Of a DNA stretch of 64,000 nt, positions 63,502 through 64,000 are shown in pieces. Each line of letters starts with the position of its first letter. Positions within the stretch are counted from its first letter, which is position 1. The notes under the pieces were generated by a model. The model saw only the letters and a list, made by a program, of their open reading frames with translations. It did no database searches and was not told the origin of the DNA. The position numbers and the translations under genes were made by a program. The DNA is from a virus (taxonomy: Duplodnaviria > Caudoviricetes): the IMG/VR virus record IMGVR_UViG_2871003000_000003, positions 1 through 64,000 of that record; one strand, 5' to 3'.

Positions 63502-64000
63502 TTAACCAGACCTCCTTTTGCGACATTTCATAATTTAGTGTGTTTACAAAATCTTCTATTGCACACAAACAATATTTTGCATATTGCTTTGATTCCACAA
63601 TTAAATAGAAATCATCCATGTATCTTCCATAATATTTGACACCCAACTCTCCAGTTATAAAATGATCAAAACCAGACAAATATAATAAAGCAAATACCTG
63701 ACTAACTTGATTTCCAAGAGGCAAGCCATTTCCGCTTGTGCTATCAATAAATTTTTCACATAACCAGTACGTATCTGGATTAGATATAAAATATGAAACA
63801 ATATCTTTCAGAATATTATGATCAATATTATAGAAAAATTTTTTAATATCACCTTTAATAATCCAACAATCATATCCGTATTTCTGATATGCTAAATACA
63901 TTTGATATTTCAGACAATCCAAACCAAACAATGTTCCTTTTCCTATTTGTCCGGCATAATTCGTATATATAAATTCATTACTTAAAATAGGAAGAAGCAC
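63491..64000 (-). CDS. DGR-type reverse transcriptase; start lies outside the window, C-terminus appears truncated
   Basis: GKGT, KGDIKKFF..IDH, GLPLGNQVSQ (GxxxSQ), YGRYMDD; stops about 40 aa after YMDD. Confidence 0.85.
   Translation of the reverse strand: MLLPILSNEFIYTNYAGQIGKGTLFGLDCLKYQMYLAYQKYGYDCWIIKGDIKKFFYNIDHNILKDIVSYFISNPDTYWLCEKFIDSTSGNGLPLGNQVSQVFALLYLSGFDHFITGELGVKYYGRYMDDFYLIVESKQYAKYCLCAIEDFVNTLNYEMSQKEVWLNAS

Noticed and set aside
1-64000. Alternative genetic code (stop-codon reassignment)
   Set aside because: Long core genes are intact under code 11 and all three stop codons terminate genes

Overview
AT-rich segment of a large temperate (SPbeta-like architecture) phage or prophage, probably from a Clostridia/Lachnospiraceae-type host (inferred from gene content and SD usage). 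Essentially all genes are on the minus strand. From left to right: (1) nucleotide metabolism: dut, nrdG, gmk, thyX, folD, ligA, an HPr-like gene, and nrdD interrupted by both a group I intron and an intein; (2) replication module: RecD2-like helicase, DnaE, nuclease, primase, DnaB-like helicase, Sak4-like ATPase, putative SSB; (3) P-type Ca2+ ATPase / 3x TerD / PspA-like operon; (4) RNA repair pair (PNK-HD plus RNA ligase) and a sigma factor; (5) three DNA methyltransferases amid many small accessory ORFs; (6) at the right end, a compact type V-like CRISPR locus: a C-terminally truncated DGR-type reverse transcriptase overlapping a TnpB/Cas12f-like gene (one-base frameshift), then a type I-C-like leader and a 4-repeat/3-spacer array, with no cas1/cas2 in the window. 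Second highlight: a circularly permuted, multi-TRD C5 methyltransferase with a textbook -1 frameshift signal that would append an extra TRD-like module. All product calls come from motif recognition by eye; no searches were run.
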